A DNA stretch of 64,000 bases from an uncultured Gemmatimonadales bacterium (GCA_963701965.1 OY969695.1:1664001-1728000); one strand, 5' to 3'; positions 43,155-53,282 are shown, counted from the stretch's first letter. Notes: generated from the letters alone by a model not told the origin. Translations and numbers: made by a program.

Positions 43155-44405
43155 TAACTCGGCGCTCAAGTGCTCTATCGCGTCGGCGACGCGCAAGGCG
43201 GCATTGCCAAGGTCCGGCTGCGCCTGCGGGGCGCTTGATTCTTCCTCGGGCATCGCGTCACGAGCCGCTTCGGCTTCGATTAACCGATCATTCAATTGGT
43301 GGCGCTCCGCAAGCACAATCGCCCGGTCAAACGCGGCACGCGCCTGCTCGTCGCGGCCGAACCGGCGGCAGCCCTGCCCAACGCCGAGCTGATAGTCCAC
43401 CGCGAGACGCGGAGCGAGCGCTTCACCCGCCAGCGTACGGCGGTACCGCTCGAACAACGTCTCCGAGCCAGTCCTGATCGCCAGCTCCATGAGATTGAGC
43501 GTCGCGATCGAGCGGAGAGTCTGATCCTTCGTGCGCGCCTGCAGGAGGAGTAACGCGCGACGAGCGGTGTCTCGCTTGCCGACATCCGCGAAGGCGAGCG
43601 CCAAGTCGTTCAGTACGCGGTCCTGCATGCGCTCTTCACGGTGATGTTCCAGCGCGGCATGCAAAAGCGTAAACCCGCGATCGAAGTCGCTCCGACGCAT
43701 GGCCACGACGCCCTGCTCGTGGAGCGCCAGCGCCATGACGTCGGTCACGGAAGGCACCGCATCCACGACCGGCTTACACTCGACCACGATCTCGCCCAAG
43801 AGTTCATCCGCGCGCGGCAGGTTGCCGCGGCGCAGCACGACGAGCGCCAAACCGTAACGAGACATCAATTCGGTGAATCGTGCGCCGGACTCGTCCGCCA
43901 TCGCCCGCGCCGTCTCGAGCGCCGACTCGGCGTCGACGAAGTTACCAGCCGCGATCGCGCACATCCCGAGTCGCTGCCACGCGTGGGGCACAAGCTCGAG
44001 CTCATTGTCGGACTCGGCAAAGCTCAGAAACGTACGATAGACGTCAATGGCCAGCTCTGATTCACGCTGGTCATGCAAGAGCGCCGCGTATGCAAGGACA
44101 TGCGCAGACACGACCGAGCGACTGCGGCCCCACGACTGGGTGACGGCGTTCACGATCGCGACGAGCGAGTTCTGGATCGGACCTTCCGGCATCTCCCCAA
44201 TCGCCTTGCGCACCGCCGCAACTTCGGTGGGGCGCGGCGCGATCCAGCTGTGCAGCGCTTCAGCCCACTTGTCGACGAGGCGAACCGTGACAAACCCGGC
44301 CGTCGTGGGCTTCCAGCGCGGATCGTCGACATGCATAGACCCAAGCACCTCGAGATAAGCGAGGTGCTCTCCGCGGAGGCGAGTCGGTCGACCCGTGGTC
44401 TGCAT
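43137..44405 (-). CDS. Tetratricopeptide-repeat protein
   Basis: Successive TPR-like helices (AWQRLGMCAIAAGNFVDAESAL, ALHEQGVVAMRRSDFDRG, VLNDLALAFADVG, GVGQGCRRFGRDEQARAAF); no signal peptide. Confidence 0.85.
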   Translation of the reverse strand: MQTTGRPTRLRGEHLAYLEVLGSMHVDDPRWKPTTAGFVTVRLVDKWAEALHSWIAPRPTEVAAVRKAIGEMPEGPIQNSLVAIVNAVTQSWGRSRSVVSAHVLAYAALLHDQRESELAIDVYRTFLSFAESDNELELVPHAWQRLGMCAIAAGNFVDAESALETARAMADESGARFTELMSRYGLALVVLRRGNLPRADELLGEIVVECKPVVDAVPSVTDVMALALHEQGVVAMRRSDFDRGFTLLHAALEHHREERMQDRVLNDLALAFADVGKRDTARRALLLLQARTKDQTLRSIATLNLMELAIRTGSETLFERYRRTLAGEALAPRLAVDYQLGVGQGCRRFGRDEQARAAFDRAIVLAERHQLNDRLIEAEAARDAMPEEESSAPQAQPDLGNAALRVADAIEHLSAELVGAGA

Positions 44406-44557
44406 GGGCCACAATGTTCTTCCAGGTCGGGTCACAGCGCAAGCCGGCTTTGCTCACAGTGTGACAGTTGTGGCGAGTTCCGCCATATGCCGAGTTTTCA
44501 GTGGTGAGATACCGCACACATTCGCCATGAGATAAGAGAACGCTCATGTTAATAGGC

Positions 44558-44573
44558 TGAAACGCGCGTTTCA
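44558..44573. promoter_or_regulatory. Perfect palindrome, probable TetR operator of the efflux operon
   Basis: TGAAACGCGCGTTTCA 35 nt upstream of the HlyD gene. Confidence 0.7.
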
Positions 44574-44608
44574 TACACGTGTTCTAGAGGCACATTATAT
44601 TCAGACGC

Positions 44609-45664
44609 ATGACGCGCAAGCGAATCCTGCTCGGGACCGCCCTCGCACTGCTCCTGGGCGCCGTAGCCTGGCTCGTTGGTGGCGGATCTGGCGACCTGGT
44701 TCTCACCGGTATCGTGACTACTGATGACGTGATCGTCAGCCCGCAGGTTACAGGTCAAATTGGACAACTGCTCGTCGATCAGGGAGACTCGGTCACGCCG
44801 GGCGAGCTCGTCGCTCGACTCGTGCCTGCCGAACTCCAGGCCGATCGCGCGTACTACGCGCATAGCGCCGAAGAAGGGGCCGTACGCGTCCAGTCGAGCG
44901 AAACATCGCTGCGCTTGCAGCAAATGCAAACCAATGATCAGATCAGCCAGGCCGAAGCGTTACTGGCGGCTGCCGTCGCCCAGCAAGCGGAAGCGGCGGC
45001 CAATCTCGACAACGCCAAGCTCACGCGCGATCGCTACGAGGCCCTGGCCAAGACCGGCGGCGTCGCCAAGCAAGAGCTCGATCAACAAGAGAATGGGTAT
45101 CAGGTCGCGGTCGCCCGCGCCAATGCCGCCGACAAACAAGTCGCGGCCCAGCGCGCGGCGCTGAGCATGGCCCGCGCGGCGGCCGAACAGGTCTCGATCA
45201 AGCGCAGCGACCTGTACATGGCGCGCCAGCAGCAGGCCGCCGCGACCGCCCAAGAGACCAAGGCCGACGTCCGCCTGGGATACAGCGAGCTCCGCTCGCC
45301 GATCGCGGGCATCGTCGATGTCCGCGCCGTGCGGAACGGTGAGGTCGTCAACCCGGGTCAACCCGTCGTGACGCTGATCAACCCGGACGCGCTCTGGATT
45401 CGCGCCGACGTCGAGGAGACCTACATCGATCGCGTCCGCCTGGGCGATCACCTGACCGTGCGGCTTCCGTCGGGCGCCACCCGCCAGGGCACGGTCTTCT
45501 ATAGAGGTGTCGACGCGGGCTTCGCGACGCAACGCGACGTGAGCCGCTCCAAGCGCGACATCAAGACGTTCGAGATCCGACTCCGCGTCGACAACCGCGA
45601 CCGCCTGCTGGCGGTCGGCATGACGGCGTACGTGCTCCTGCCGTCGCGCGTGACGCACGGATGA
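44609..45664 (+). CDS. HlyD family efflux periplasmic adaptor
   Basis: N-terminal TM, LLVDQGDSV, LRSPIAGIV, GEVVNPGQPVV. Confidence 0.92.
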   Translation: MTRKRILLGTALALLLGAVAWLVGGGSGDLVLTGIVTTDDVIVSPQVTGQIGQLLVDQGDSVTPGELVARLVPAELQADRAYYAHSAEEGAVRVQSSETSLRLQQMQTNDQISQAEALLAAAVAQQAEAAANLDNAKLTRDRYEALAKTGGVAKQELDQQENGYQVAVARANAADKQVAAQRAALSMARAAAEQVSIKRSDLYMARQQQAAATAQETKADVRLGYSELRSPIAGIVDVRAVRNGEVVNPGQPVVTLINPDALWIRADVEETYIDRVRLGDHLTVRLPSGATRQGTVFYRGVDAGFATQRDVSRSKRDIKTFEIRLRVDNRDRLLAVGMTAYVLLPSRVTHG

Positions 45665-46647
45665 ACGCCGTCGACGTCCGGCAGATCACGAAGACCTTCG
45701 GCACGTTCACGGCGGTCGACGCGATCTCGTTCACCGTCGCGCCGGGCGAGATCATGGGTCTCTTGGGCCCCAACGGCGCCGGCAAGTCGACGCTGCTCCG
45801 GATGCTCACGACGCTCATCATCCCCACATCGGGGACGGCGATCATCGCCGGGGCCAATGTCGTCGCCGCGCCCGACGACGTGCGCCGCGCGATCGGGGTC
45901 ATCCCCCAGGCCCTCACCAGCGATCTCGAGCTCTCGGCCCGCGAGAATCTCACCATCTTCGCGAAGCTCTACGGCGTCCCACGCGAGAAGCGGCGGCGTT
46001 TGATCAACGAGCTGCTCGCGGCCGTCGAGCTGACGGAGTGGGCCGACAAGCCGGTCAAGCAGCTCTCGGGCGGCATGCGCCGCCGCGTCGAGATCGCCCG
46101 CGGCCTCGTCCACGAGCCGCGCATTTTCTTCCTGGATGAGCCGACCACCGGACTCGATCCGGTGTCGCGCACGGCGGTGTGGGAGATGCTGCGTCGCATC
46201 AAGGCCGAACGGGACCTCACGGTCCTGCTGACGACGCACTATATGGACGAAGCGGACAAGTTGTGCGACCGCATCGCGATCGTGGACCACGGGAAGCTCA
46301 TCGTGCTCGACACACCCTTGGCCCTCAAGGACGCCGTCGCCGGCGCCAACACGCTCGAAGTGAGCTTCCAGTCGGCGCCCGATGACTGGACGGCGGAGTT
46401 GGAACAGCTGCCCGGCGTCGAGCACGTCGTGGGCGAGGGCGGCCTTTTTCGGATCACCTCGCATTCCGGCCCTGCCACGACTCAAGCCGTACTCGAGGCC
46501 GCCGCCGACCGCGGCGTCGTCGTACAGTCGCTGGGCGTCTCCAGTACCACGCTGGACAATGTCTTCCTGCATTTCACCGGACGCCAGCTGCGCGACGCGT
46601 TGCAATCCGCGACCGCCGCCGACAGTCCCTTCATGATGCGCCGCTAG
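45661..46647 (+). CDS. ABC exporter ATP-binding subunit (DrrA-like)
   Basis: GPNGAGKS, LSGGM, FLDEPT, TTHYMDEA. Confidence 0.96.
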   Translation: MNAVDVRQITKTFGTFTAVDAISFTVAPGEIMGLLGPNGAGKSTLLRMLTTLIIPTSGTAIIAGANVVAAPDDVRRAIGVIPQALTSDLELSARENLTIFAKLYGVPREKRRRLINELLAAVELTEWADKPVKQLSGGMRRRVEIARGLVHEPRIFFLDEPTTGLDPVSRTAVWEMLRRIKAERDLTVLLTTHYMDEADKLCDRIAIVDHGKLIVLDTPLALKDAVAGANTLEVSFQSAPDDWTAELEQLPGVEHVVGEGGLFRITSHSGPATTQAVLEAAADRGVVVQSLGVSSTTLDNVFLHFTGRQLRDALQSATAADSPFMMRR

Positions 46648-47762
46648 TGCAACGCGTCTGGGCCATCGTCGAACGCGACCTCCGGCGGTTCCGCCGCAGC
46701 CCGGCGCTCATCGTCATGTCGTTGGTCATGCCGCTCGTGCAGCTCGTGATCCTGGGCTACGCCTTCGGCGGCACGGTCAAGCATCTCAAGGTGGGGCTGC
46801 TCGATCAGGATCGCGGCGTGCAGTCCGTCAAGCTGCGCGAGCTGTCCGGCGCGATCGCGGCCAACGCCAGCACATTCGAGACGGTCCCCTACCACGACCA
46901 GGGCTCGGCTCTGTCGGCGCTGCGCAACGGACAGGTCAACGCCGTCCTCGACATTCCGCCCGAGTTTTCCCGCCGCGTCCTGGCCAAGGATGCCCCACGC
47001 GTCGCGCTGATCGAGGACAACACCGACAACTTCGTCTCGGGCGCGCTGGCGTCGAGCATATCAGGGCTGGTCTCGGCGTACAACGACCAGCAGAACGATC
47101 CGGTGCGCGTCCCGACGCAGACGTCGCTCGATCTCGTCGAGGTCTATCCCTACGTCCCGTACATCCAGTACCTGCTCGCCGGTTCGACGGTCATGGCGAT
47201 CTTCATGATGGTCATGATCGGCGGCGGCATCATCTTCATCAATGACAAGGCGCGCGGGCTGCACGAGGGATACCTGGTCACGCCGATCACCAAGCTGGAG
47301 CTCATTCTCGGCTTCAACATCTCGGGCGCGATCAAGGCCGTGCTGGCGGGATTCGTCCTCATGACGATCGGGTCCCTGATCGCGGGCATCCCCAACCCGT
47401 TCGCTCCCATGAGGTTGCTGCGGCTCCTCATCGTCGTGATCGCCACGTCGACCGCGCTGGTCAGCATGATGTTCATGATCATGGTGCGCATGAGCGATCC
47501 GTTGATTCCACGGGCGCTCTTCGGCGTGCTCAATACGCTGCTGTGGTTTCCGAGCGGGGCCATCTACCCGCAGCAGGCGTTCCCGGCCTGGATGCGTGCG
47601 ATCGCCATCGTCGACCCGTTCACGTATGGCGTGCACGCGCTCAAGAGTCTGCTGCTCAAGAACACGGGATTCGCGGCCATCGGGGGTGACTTGTTATATC
47701 TGACCATCTTCACCGTCGTGACCATGACCATCGCCACTCGACTCTTTCGGCGGACGCTGTGA
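46647..47762 (+). CDS. ABC-2 type permease
   Basis: Six-TM ABC-2 pattern, SGAIYP...PAWMR.IA.VDPFTY. Confidence 0.92.
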   Translation: MQRVWAIVERDLRRFRRSPALIVMSLVMPLVQLVILGYAFGGTVKHLKVGLLDQDRGVQSVKLRELSGAIAANASTFETVPYHDQGSALSALRNGQVNAVLDIPPEFSRRVLAKDAPRVALIEDNTDNFVSGALASSISGLVSAYNDQQNDPVRVPTQTSLDLVEVYPYVPYIQYLLAGSTVMAIFMMVMIGGGIIFINDKARGLHEGYLVTPITKLELILGFNISGAIKAVLAGFVLMTIGSLIAGIPNPFAPMRLLRLLIVVIATSTALVSMMFMIMVRMSDPLIPRALFGVLNTLLWFPSGAIYPQQAFPAWMRAIAIVDPFTYGVHALKSLLLKNTGFAAIGGDLLYLTIFTVVTMTIATRLFRRTL

Positions 47763-48403
47763 GCCCGGCCGTCGCCGACGTCGGGCCGCGGGGAGAAGTC
47801 ACGCGCGAGCGTCTCCTCGAGACCGCGGTGCAGCTCTTCGCGGAGCATGGCTTCGCCAAGGTCACCGTCCGCGACATCTGCCGCGGGGCGGACGCCAATG
47901 TCGCCGCCGTGAACTATCATTTCGGCGACAAGTTCGGGCTGTACATGGCCGTGCTGCGATTGGCGGTCGACGAAATGCGCAAGGTCAGCGATGTCACCAT
48001 GCAACCGGCGCCCGGCAGCTCGGCCGAAGACCGCCTGCGGCACTACATCCGGATGCACGTGACGATGCTGGTGCACATCGATCCCGCGTCGTGGATTCTG
48101 CGGCTCATGCTCCACGAGATGGCGGAGCCGACCAGCGCCGCGCCGTGGATCGTCGAGCACGGGTTCCGGCCGCGATTCCGCTACCTGTCAGGCGTCCTGG
48201 CCGAGCTCCTCGGGGCCGACGAGTCGGACCCGCGCGTGCTGCGCTGCGCGATCAGCGTGCAGTCCCAGTTTCTCTTCTGCAAGCCCGACAGGTTCCGGGC
48301 GATCGCCTTTGGCGACGCGATGCCCAACAGCGACGCCGAGATCGACACGCTGGTCGATCACATCGCCGCCTTTTCCCTCGCCGGCATTCGCGCCATCGCC
48401 TAG
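47759..48403 (+). CDS. TetR family regulator (CecR/DUF1956-like)
   Basis: TRERLLETAVQLFAEHGF..VTVRDIC..ADANVAAVNYHFGDK; FSLAGI. Confidence 0.92.
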   Translation: MSPAVADVGPRGEVTRERLLETAVQLFAEHGFAKVTVRDICRGADANVAAVNYHFGDKFGLYMAVLRLAVDEMRKVSDVTMQPAPGSSAEDRLRHYIRMHVTMLVHIDPASWILRLMLHEMAEPTSAAPWIVEHGFRPRFRYLSGVLAELLGADESDPRVLRCAISVQSQFLFCKPDRFRAIAFGDAMPNSDAEIDTLVDHIAAFSLAGIRAIA

Positions 48404-49647
48404 GGGCGCACGACCTCGAAATCGCTGCCATGCAGCGATGTCATCGTATGCAGCTCGTCGTCGCTCCACCGCGGGTCGGGCGCCCCGCTCACGAAGAACC
48501 CCGAGCCGTTGTCGGCGACGAACATCCCGTACCGCTGCATGGCCCGCAGGATCACCTGCACGTGCGCCGGAAACGCGCCGATGTTCACACTCGCCTTGAG
48601 CCGCACGCGCATCCCCATCGGCGGGAGCGCCGAGCTCGTGTCGTTGCTGGCGTAGTGGCGGGCCGGGGCGACGTAGGCGCGACGGGTCGACGGACACGTG
48701 AACCGCAAAGCGTGGGTGATGGCGCCATGGATCACGACTTCGTCATATCGCACGAGGCCCGGAAAGATCGGGAGTCCGGCCGCGTCCGCCGACGTCCAGC
48801 CGGCGGGGCGGAGCGCGTCAGATGTGAGATCGAAGACGGCGCCAGACCCGGCCGTCCAGGACGCACCCGCGGTCGCGTTCGCGGTCGCGTTCGCGCTGAC
48901 GGGCCGCGCCGAGAACATCTCGTAGAGCTTCCAGTTGTCGGCGTCGACCACGAGCACGTGCCGATCGCCGGAGCTGGACGGACCGCCCTCGATCGGTGCG
49001 TCCGGCGGCACGGGATAGGGCCCGGGGTCGCTCTCCGACGCATCGTCGAAATCCACGGGCACCCGCGGCTGCGTGCCATGCACGACGACGTACGGGATGC
49101 CGTTCGGCGCGCCGTCGAACACGGTGCCGAAGTCGGGATGCAACGCGCTGGACGCGCCGCAGCTGGCGATCAGCGTGCCAGAATTCGGGTCGACGGGTGC
49201 CGCCGAGATGTCGGCATTCCAGGCATTGTCGGCCGGGAAAACCTGGCGCCCGGCGAGATCACCGCTTCCCGCCCCCTCGCCGTGCACCGTCACCGAGTGT
49301 CCGATCGCCGATACCGCCACGGACTGGTCGAGGAATGTCGGCCCCAACGTCCAGTGCGCCTGCACTTGTCCGCTGGCATCGGTCACAGTCGGCGCGGCGA
49401 TCGTCCCCGATCCGGCCAATGGGACCCAGGTCACGGTGGCGCCGGCGAGTGCATGCCCCAGAGAGTCCGTCACCCGCACGACGAGGGGTTTGGACTCCAG
49501 CGATCCCAACGTCGCCGTTTGGCTGTCCCCGCTCACCACGGCGAGCGGCAACACAGGGCCGGCCTTCGCCGCGGTGGGGCCGTCGCCGCCACAGGCCAGC
49601 ATTGGCAGCACGAGCGCGTACCCATATAAACTGCGTCGAGATCGCAT
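48400..49647 (-). CDS. Secreted lipoprotein: Ig-like domain plus uncharacterised C-terminal domain
   Basis: MLACGGD lipobox; VSGDSQ..TDASG..WTLG Ig; GDRHVLVVD, SADAAGLPIFPGLVRYDEV, YGMFVADNG. Confidence 0.75.
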   Translation of the reverse strand: MRSRRSLYGYALVLPMLACGGDGPTAAKAGPVLPLAVVSGDSQTATLGSLESKPLVVRVTDSLGHALAGATVTWVPLAGSGTIAAPTVTDASGQVQAHWTLGPTFLDQSVAVSAIGHSVTVHGEGAGSGDLAGRQVFPADNAWNADISAAPVDPNSGTLIASCGASSALHPDFGTVFDGAPNGIPYVVVHGTQPRVPVDFDDASESDPGPYPVPPDAPIEGGPSSSGDRHVLVVDADNWKLYEMFSARPVSANATANATAGASWTAGSGAVFDLTSDALRPAGWTSADAAGLPIFPGLVRYDEVVIHGAITHALRFTCPSTRRAYVAPARHYASNDTSSALPPMGMRVRLKASVNIGAFPAHVQVILRAMQRYGMFVADNGSGFFVSGAPDPRWSDDELHTMTSLHGSDFEVVRP

Positions 49648-49674
49648 GCGTCTCCTCCCCTTCGACGACGACAA

Positions 49675-50646
49675 GTGACCGCCCCCGTCACGACCCTCTC
49701 CCGCCACACGATCGAAGCCGCGCGCGACCGGTTGCGCGGCATGGCTGTGCGCACCCCGCTCGTCTCCCTCGACTTGCCCGGGCGCACGGTCGCGCTCAAG
49801 CTGGAGACCCTGCAACCCGTGGGCTCGTTCAAGATCCGCGGTGCCGGGGCCGCGATCAGCGCCGCGCCGCGCGAGCGGTTGACCCGCGGCGTCTACACCG
49901 CGAGCGCCGGGAACATGGCCCAGGGCGTCGCCTGGTGCGCCCGCGCGCTGGGCATTCCCTGCACGGTCATCGCGCCGGACGATGCGCCGGAGGCCAAGAC
50001 GGCGGCGGTCGAACGACTCGGCGGCACGATCGTGCGGGTGCCGTTCCCGCGTTGGTGGCAGGTCCTCGTCGAACGCTCGTATCCCGGACTCGATGGACTC
50101 TTCGTGCATCCGGTGTCCGACGCCGACGTGATCACCGGCAACGCCACGATCGGACTCGAGATCATGGAGGACGCGCCAGAGACGGACACGGTGCTGGTCC
50201 CGTTCGGCGGCGGTGGTTTGTCCTGCGGTATCGCGCTGGGTCTCCGCGCCGCCGGATCGTCCGCGCGCGTCATCGCCTGCGAGGTCGACACGGCGGCGCC
50301 GCTGGCGGAGTCGTTCCGTGTGGGACGCGCATCGGCGATCGAGCGGCGTCCGAGCTTCGTCGACGGCATCGGCGGGCAATCGGTACTGGAAGAGATGTGG
50401 CCGTTGGCCAGCGCCGTGCTGGACGGCAGCATCGTCAGCTCGGTCGCCGAGATCGCGACCGCCGTGCGCTATCTCGCCGAACGGGCCCACGTCATCGCCG
50501 AAGGCGCGGGCGCGGCATCCGTCGCCGCGGCCACGTCGGATGCCGCGGCGGGCCGGCTCGGCGAACGCGTGGTCTGCATCGTTTCCGGTGGCAATATCGA
50601 CTTGCCCAAACTCGTGACGATTCTCACAGGGGGTGTGCCCGCCTGA
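49675..50646 (+). CDS. Threonine/serine dehydratase family PLP enzyme
   Basis: LKLETLQPVGSFKIRGA, SAGN, PFGGGGL, SGGN. Confidence 0.93.
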   Translation: MTAPVTTLSRHTIEAARDRLRGMAVRTPLVSLDLPGRTVALKLETLQPVGSFKIRGAGAAISAAPRERLTRGVYTASAGNMAQGVAWCARALGIPCTVIAPDDAPEAKTAAVERLGGTIVRVPFPRWWQVLVERSYPGLDGLFVHPVSDADVITGNATIGLEIMEDAPETDTVLVPFGGGGLSCGIALGLRAAGSSARVIACEVDTAAPLAESFRVGRASAIERRPSFVDGIGGQSVLEEMWPLASAVLDGSIVSSVAEIATAVRYLAERAHVIAEGAGAASVAAATSDAAAGRLGERVVCIVSGGNIDLPKLVTILTGGVPA

Positions 50647-52061
50647 GATACCTGGCCGCACCGTCGCCCGGGGCACTGTGGCCGCGCTGGATCTTCCTGC
50701 GCGCCCTCGGTCTTATTTTCGGCTCGGCGTTCTACTCGCTGCTATTTCAGATCCACGGTCTGATCGGACCGGCGGGAATTTTACCGGCGGGCGACTACCT
50801 TGGCGCGCTCCGACGCGCGGCGCCTGGCATCGTCCACGTCTGGGCGGCGCCGACGCTCCTCTGGTTCGGGGCGGGCGATGGCGCACTGACGGCGCTCGTC
50901 GGGGCCGGCTTCGTGGCGTCCGTCCTGCTCACGGCCAACATCGCTCCGCGCCTCACGACGGCGGTCTGCACGATCGTCTTTCTCTCCTGCGTCGCCGCGC
51001 TGCAAGACTTCTCGTCATACCAGTCGGACGGCATGCTGCTCCAGGCCGGGGTCGCGTCGATCCTCCTGGCCCCCGGCGGACTCCGCCCGGGACTGGGCCG
51101 CGAGTCCCCGCCGCCGCGGGCGGCCGTGTGGCTGCTCTTGTGGGAGTGGTTCTCGATCTACTTCGAGTCGGGGCTGGTCAAGCTGTTGAGCGGCGACGTG
51201 CAGTGGCGGACGCTCACGGCCATGGACCACTACTACGAGAACAACCCGCTCCCAACGTGGCTCGGCTGGTACGAACAGCAGCTGCCGCACGCCATACAGG
51301 CCGGCGTCACCCTGCTGACCCTCATCGTGGAGCTCGCCGGACCGTTCGTCTTGTTTCTCCCCCGCAAGCCGCGCCTCTACGCGGCCGCGTTTCTCACGGC
51401 GTTTCAGATCGCGATCATCACGACCGCGAACTACGCGTTTCTCAACTACCTGGTGCTGGCGCTGGGCGTGTTGCTCATCGACGACAAGACGGTGCCGTCC
51501 GGAGACACGCGCCCGCGACGGCTGGGATGGGCCAGCGCCGGCGCGTTCGTGGTGACGCTGTATGTGTCGATCGTGTCGTTCCCGGTGCGCGCCGTGCCGG
51601 ACGTGCTCCTCTTGCCCGCGCGTTGGCTGGCGCCCTTTCGCATCGCCAACGCCTACGGCTTGTTCGCCGTCATGACGACCGCCCAGTACGAGATCGAGTT
51701 CCAGGGCACCCGCGACGACTCCACGTGGATCGCGTACCCGTTCCGCTACAAACCGCAGGACCCCGCGGCGCCGCCCGGTATCTACGCCCCGTACCAGCCA
51801 CGATTCGACTGGAACCTGTGGTTCGCGTCGCTGGCCCCGTCGGAAGAGACGCCGTGGATCGCGACGGTCCAGGAACGCTTGCTCGCCAACGACGGCGCTG
51901 TCCTGTCCCTGTTCGCCAAGAATCCGTTCGGCGCGACGCCGCCGATCGCCGTGCGCGTGGTGCTCTGGCGATATTGGTTCGCGGACTTCGCCACCCGTCG
52001 CCGCACGGGCCGTTGGTGGAACCGCCAGCTGCTCGAGCTCTTTGTCCCCACGGTACATTAA
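50643..52061 (+). CDS. Lipase maturation factor family membrane protein (start uncertain)
   Basis: FLRALGLIF..AF.SL, SGLVKL, PLPTW, NYAFLNYL, YGLFAVMT, PYQPRFDWNLWFA. Confidence 0.88.
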   Translation: MRYLAAPSPGALWPRWIFLRALGLIFGSAFYSLLFQIHGLIGPAGILPAGDYLGALRRAAPGIVHVWAAPTLLWFGAGDGALTALVGAGFVASVLLTANIAPRLTTAVCTIVFLSCVAALQDFSSYQSDGMLLQAGVASILLAPGGLRPGLGRESPPPRAAVWLLLWEWFSIYFESGLVKLLSGDVQWRTLTAMDHYYENNPLPTWLGWYEQQLPHAIQAGVTLLTLIVELAGPFVLFLPRKPRLYAAAFLTAFQIAIITTANYAFLNYLVLALGVLLIDDKTVPSGDTRPRRLGWASAGAFVVTLYVSIVSFPVRAVPDVLLLPARWLAPFRIANAYGLFAVMTTAQYEIEFQGTRDDSTWIAYPFRYKPQDPAAPPGIYAPYQPRFDWNLWFASLAPSEETPWIATVQERLLANDGAVLSLFAKNPFGATPPIAVRVVLWRYWFADFATRRRTGRWWNRQLLELFVPTVH

Positions 52062-52066
52062 GCGCC

Positions 52067-52987
52067 ATGCGCATTCTGATTCTCGGAGCGGGAGCGATCG
52101 GCGGATACTTCGGCGGACGCCTGCTCCAGGCCGGCCGCGACGTGACGTTTCTCGTGCGTCCCAAACGCGCCGCCCAGCTGGCCGAAACCGGCCTGGTCAT
52201 CCGGAGCCGGTTCGGCGACGCGACGGTGCCGCATCCACCCACGGTGCTCGCCGACACGCTGCGCGGGCCGTTCGATCTGGTGATCGTGAGCGCCAAGGCG
52301 TACGATCTGGAGAGCGCGATCCGCGATGTGGCGCCCGCCGTCGGACCCAAGACCGCCATTCTGCCATTGCTCAACGGACTGCGGCACATCGACGTCCTCG
52401 AGGCGCACTTTGGCGCGGGGCCGGTGCTCGGCGGACAGTGCCTGATCGCCGTGACGCTGGATGAGGCCGGACGCATCCTCCATCTCAACGAGAACCAGTC
52501 GATCACGTTTGGCGAGCGGGCCGGCGGACGGTCGGCCCGTATCGACGCGATTGCCGCCGCGCTCGGCGGCGCGACGTTCGACGCCCGCGTGAGCGAATCG
52601 ATCCTGTTGGACATGTGGGAGAAGTGGGTGTTCCTGGCCACGCTGGCGGGCGCCACATGCCTGATGCGCGCGCCCGTGGGGGATATCGTCTCGGCCGGCG
52701 GCGCCGCGTTCGGCGAACAGCTCCTCGCCGAGTGCGCCGCGATCGCCGCGGGGGCCGGCTATCGGCCGCGGCCGGCGTTGATCGATAACGCGCGCCAGAC
52801 CGTCACCGCACCGGGGTCCCCGCTCACCGCGTCAATGCTGCGCGACGTCGAGCGCGGCGCGCGCACCGAGGCGGATCACGTCATCGGCGATCTGCTCGCG
52901 CGCGCGGGGTCAACCGACCCCCGTCTCCTGCGACTCGTGGCGCTGAACCTGCGCGCCTATGACGCCCGCCGGTCCCGAACGGCGTAA
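52067..52987 (+). CDS. panE: 2-dehydropantoate 2-reductase
   Basis: LGAGAIGGYFG, SAKAYDL, LLNG, MWEKW, SMLRD, TEAD. Confidence 0.92.
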   Translation: MRILILGAGAIGGYFGGRLLQAGRDVTFLVRPKRAAQLAETGLVIRSRFGDATVPHPPTVLADTLRGPFDLVIVSAKAYDLESAIRDVAPAVGPKTAILPLLNGLRHIDVLEAHFGAGPVLGGQCLIAVTLDEAGRILHLNENQSITFGERAGGRSARIDAIAAALGGATFDARVSESILLDMWEKWVFLATLAGATCLMRAPVGDIVSAGGAAFGEQLLAECAAIAAGAGYRPRPALIDNARQTVTAPGSPLTASMLRDVERGARTEADHVIGDLLARAGSTDPRLLRLVALNLRAYDARRSRTA

Positions 52988-53024
52988 AAAAGCAAGGGAC
53001 CCGCGCCACGCGGGTCCCTTTGCT
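52986..53024 (-). terminator. Intrinsic terminator downstream of pqqA (possibly bidirectional)
   Basis: aagggacccgcg-cca-cgcgggtccctt stem with a T-tract on the minus strand. Confidence 0.85.
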
Positions 53025-53041
53025 CGGCCTGGCAGTGCGCT

Positions 53042-53116
53042 TTAGCGCCGGGCCACGTACGCGGTGACTTCCATCGTCACTTCGACGACTTCGAATTCGG
53101 GTTTGGACCACGTCAT
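53042..53116 (-). CDS. pqqA: PQQ precursor peptide, 24 aa (absent from the ORF track)
   Basis: MTWSKPEFEVVEVTMEVTAYVARR*: W..P.F and E-V-T-x-Y motifs; GGAG upstream. Confidence 0.9.
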   Translation of the reverse strand: MTWSKPEFEVVEVTMEVTAYVARR

Positions 53117-53153
53117 CCTATGCTCCATTGGCTAGGGTTGCACCAGTTGTATA

Positions 53154-53169
53154 AGCACCCGGCGTGCCA
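53154..53169 (-). promoter_or_regulatory. sigma54 -24/-12 promoter of pqqA
   Basis: TGGCACGCCGGGTGCT, GG-N10-GC spacing. Confidence 0.8.
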
Positions 53170-53247
53170 CGCGGGACCATTTGCGTAACACGCTTTCTTT
53201 CAGTCACTTAGATTGCGTGCTCGAGTATTCATGTGGGGACGATTGGG

Positions 53248-53282
53248 TGGGGGATTCGCCCCGAACTGGGTGAAATCACCCA
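53248..53282. promoter_or_regulatory. Two 16-bp dyads, candidate enhancer (UAS) sites
   Basis: TGGGGGATTCGCCCCG and TGGGTGAAATCACCCA, about 80-115 bp upstream of the sigma54 promoter. Confidence 0.55.

Noticed and set aside
48868..48895. 12-bp tandem repeat gcggtcgcgttc
   Set aside because: Encodes a low-complexity ANATANATA loop inside a CDS
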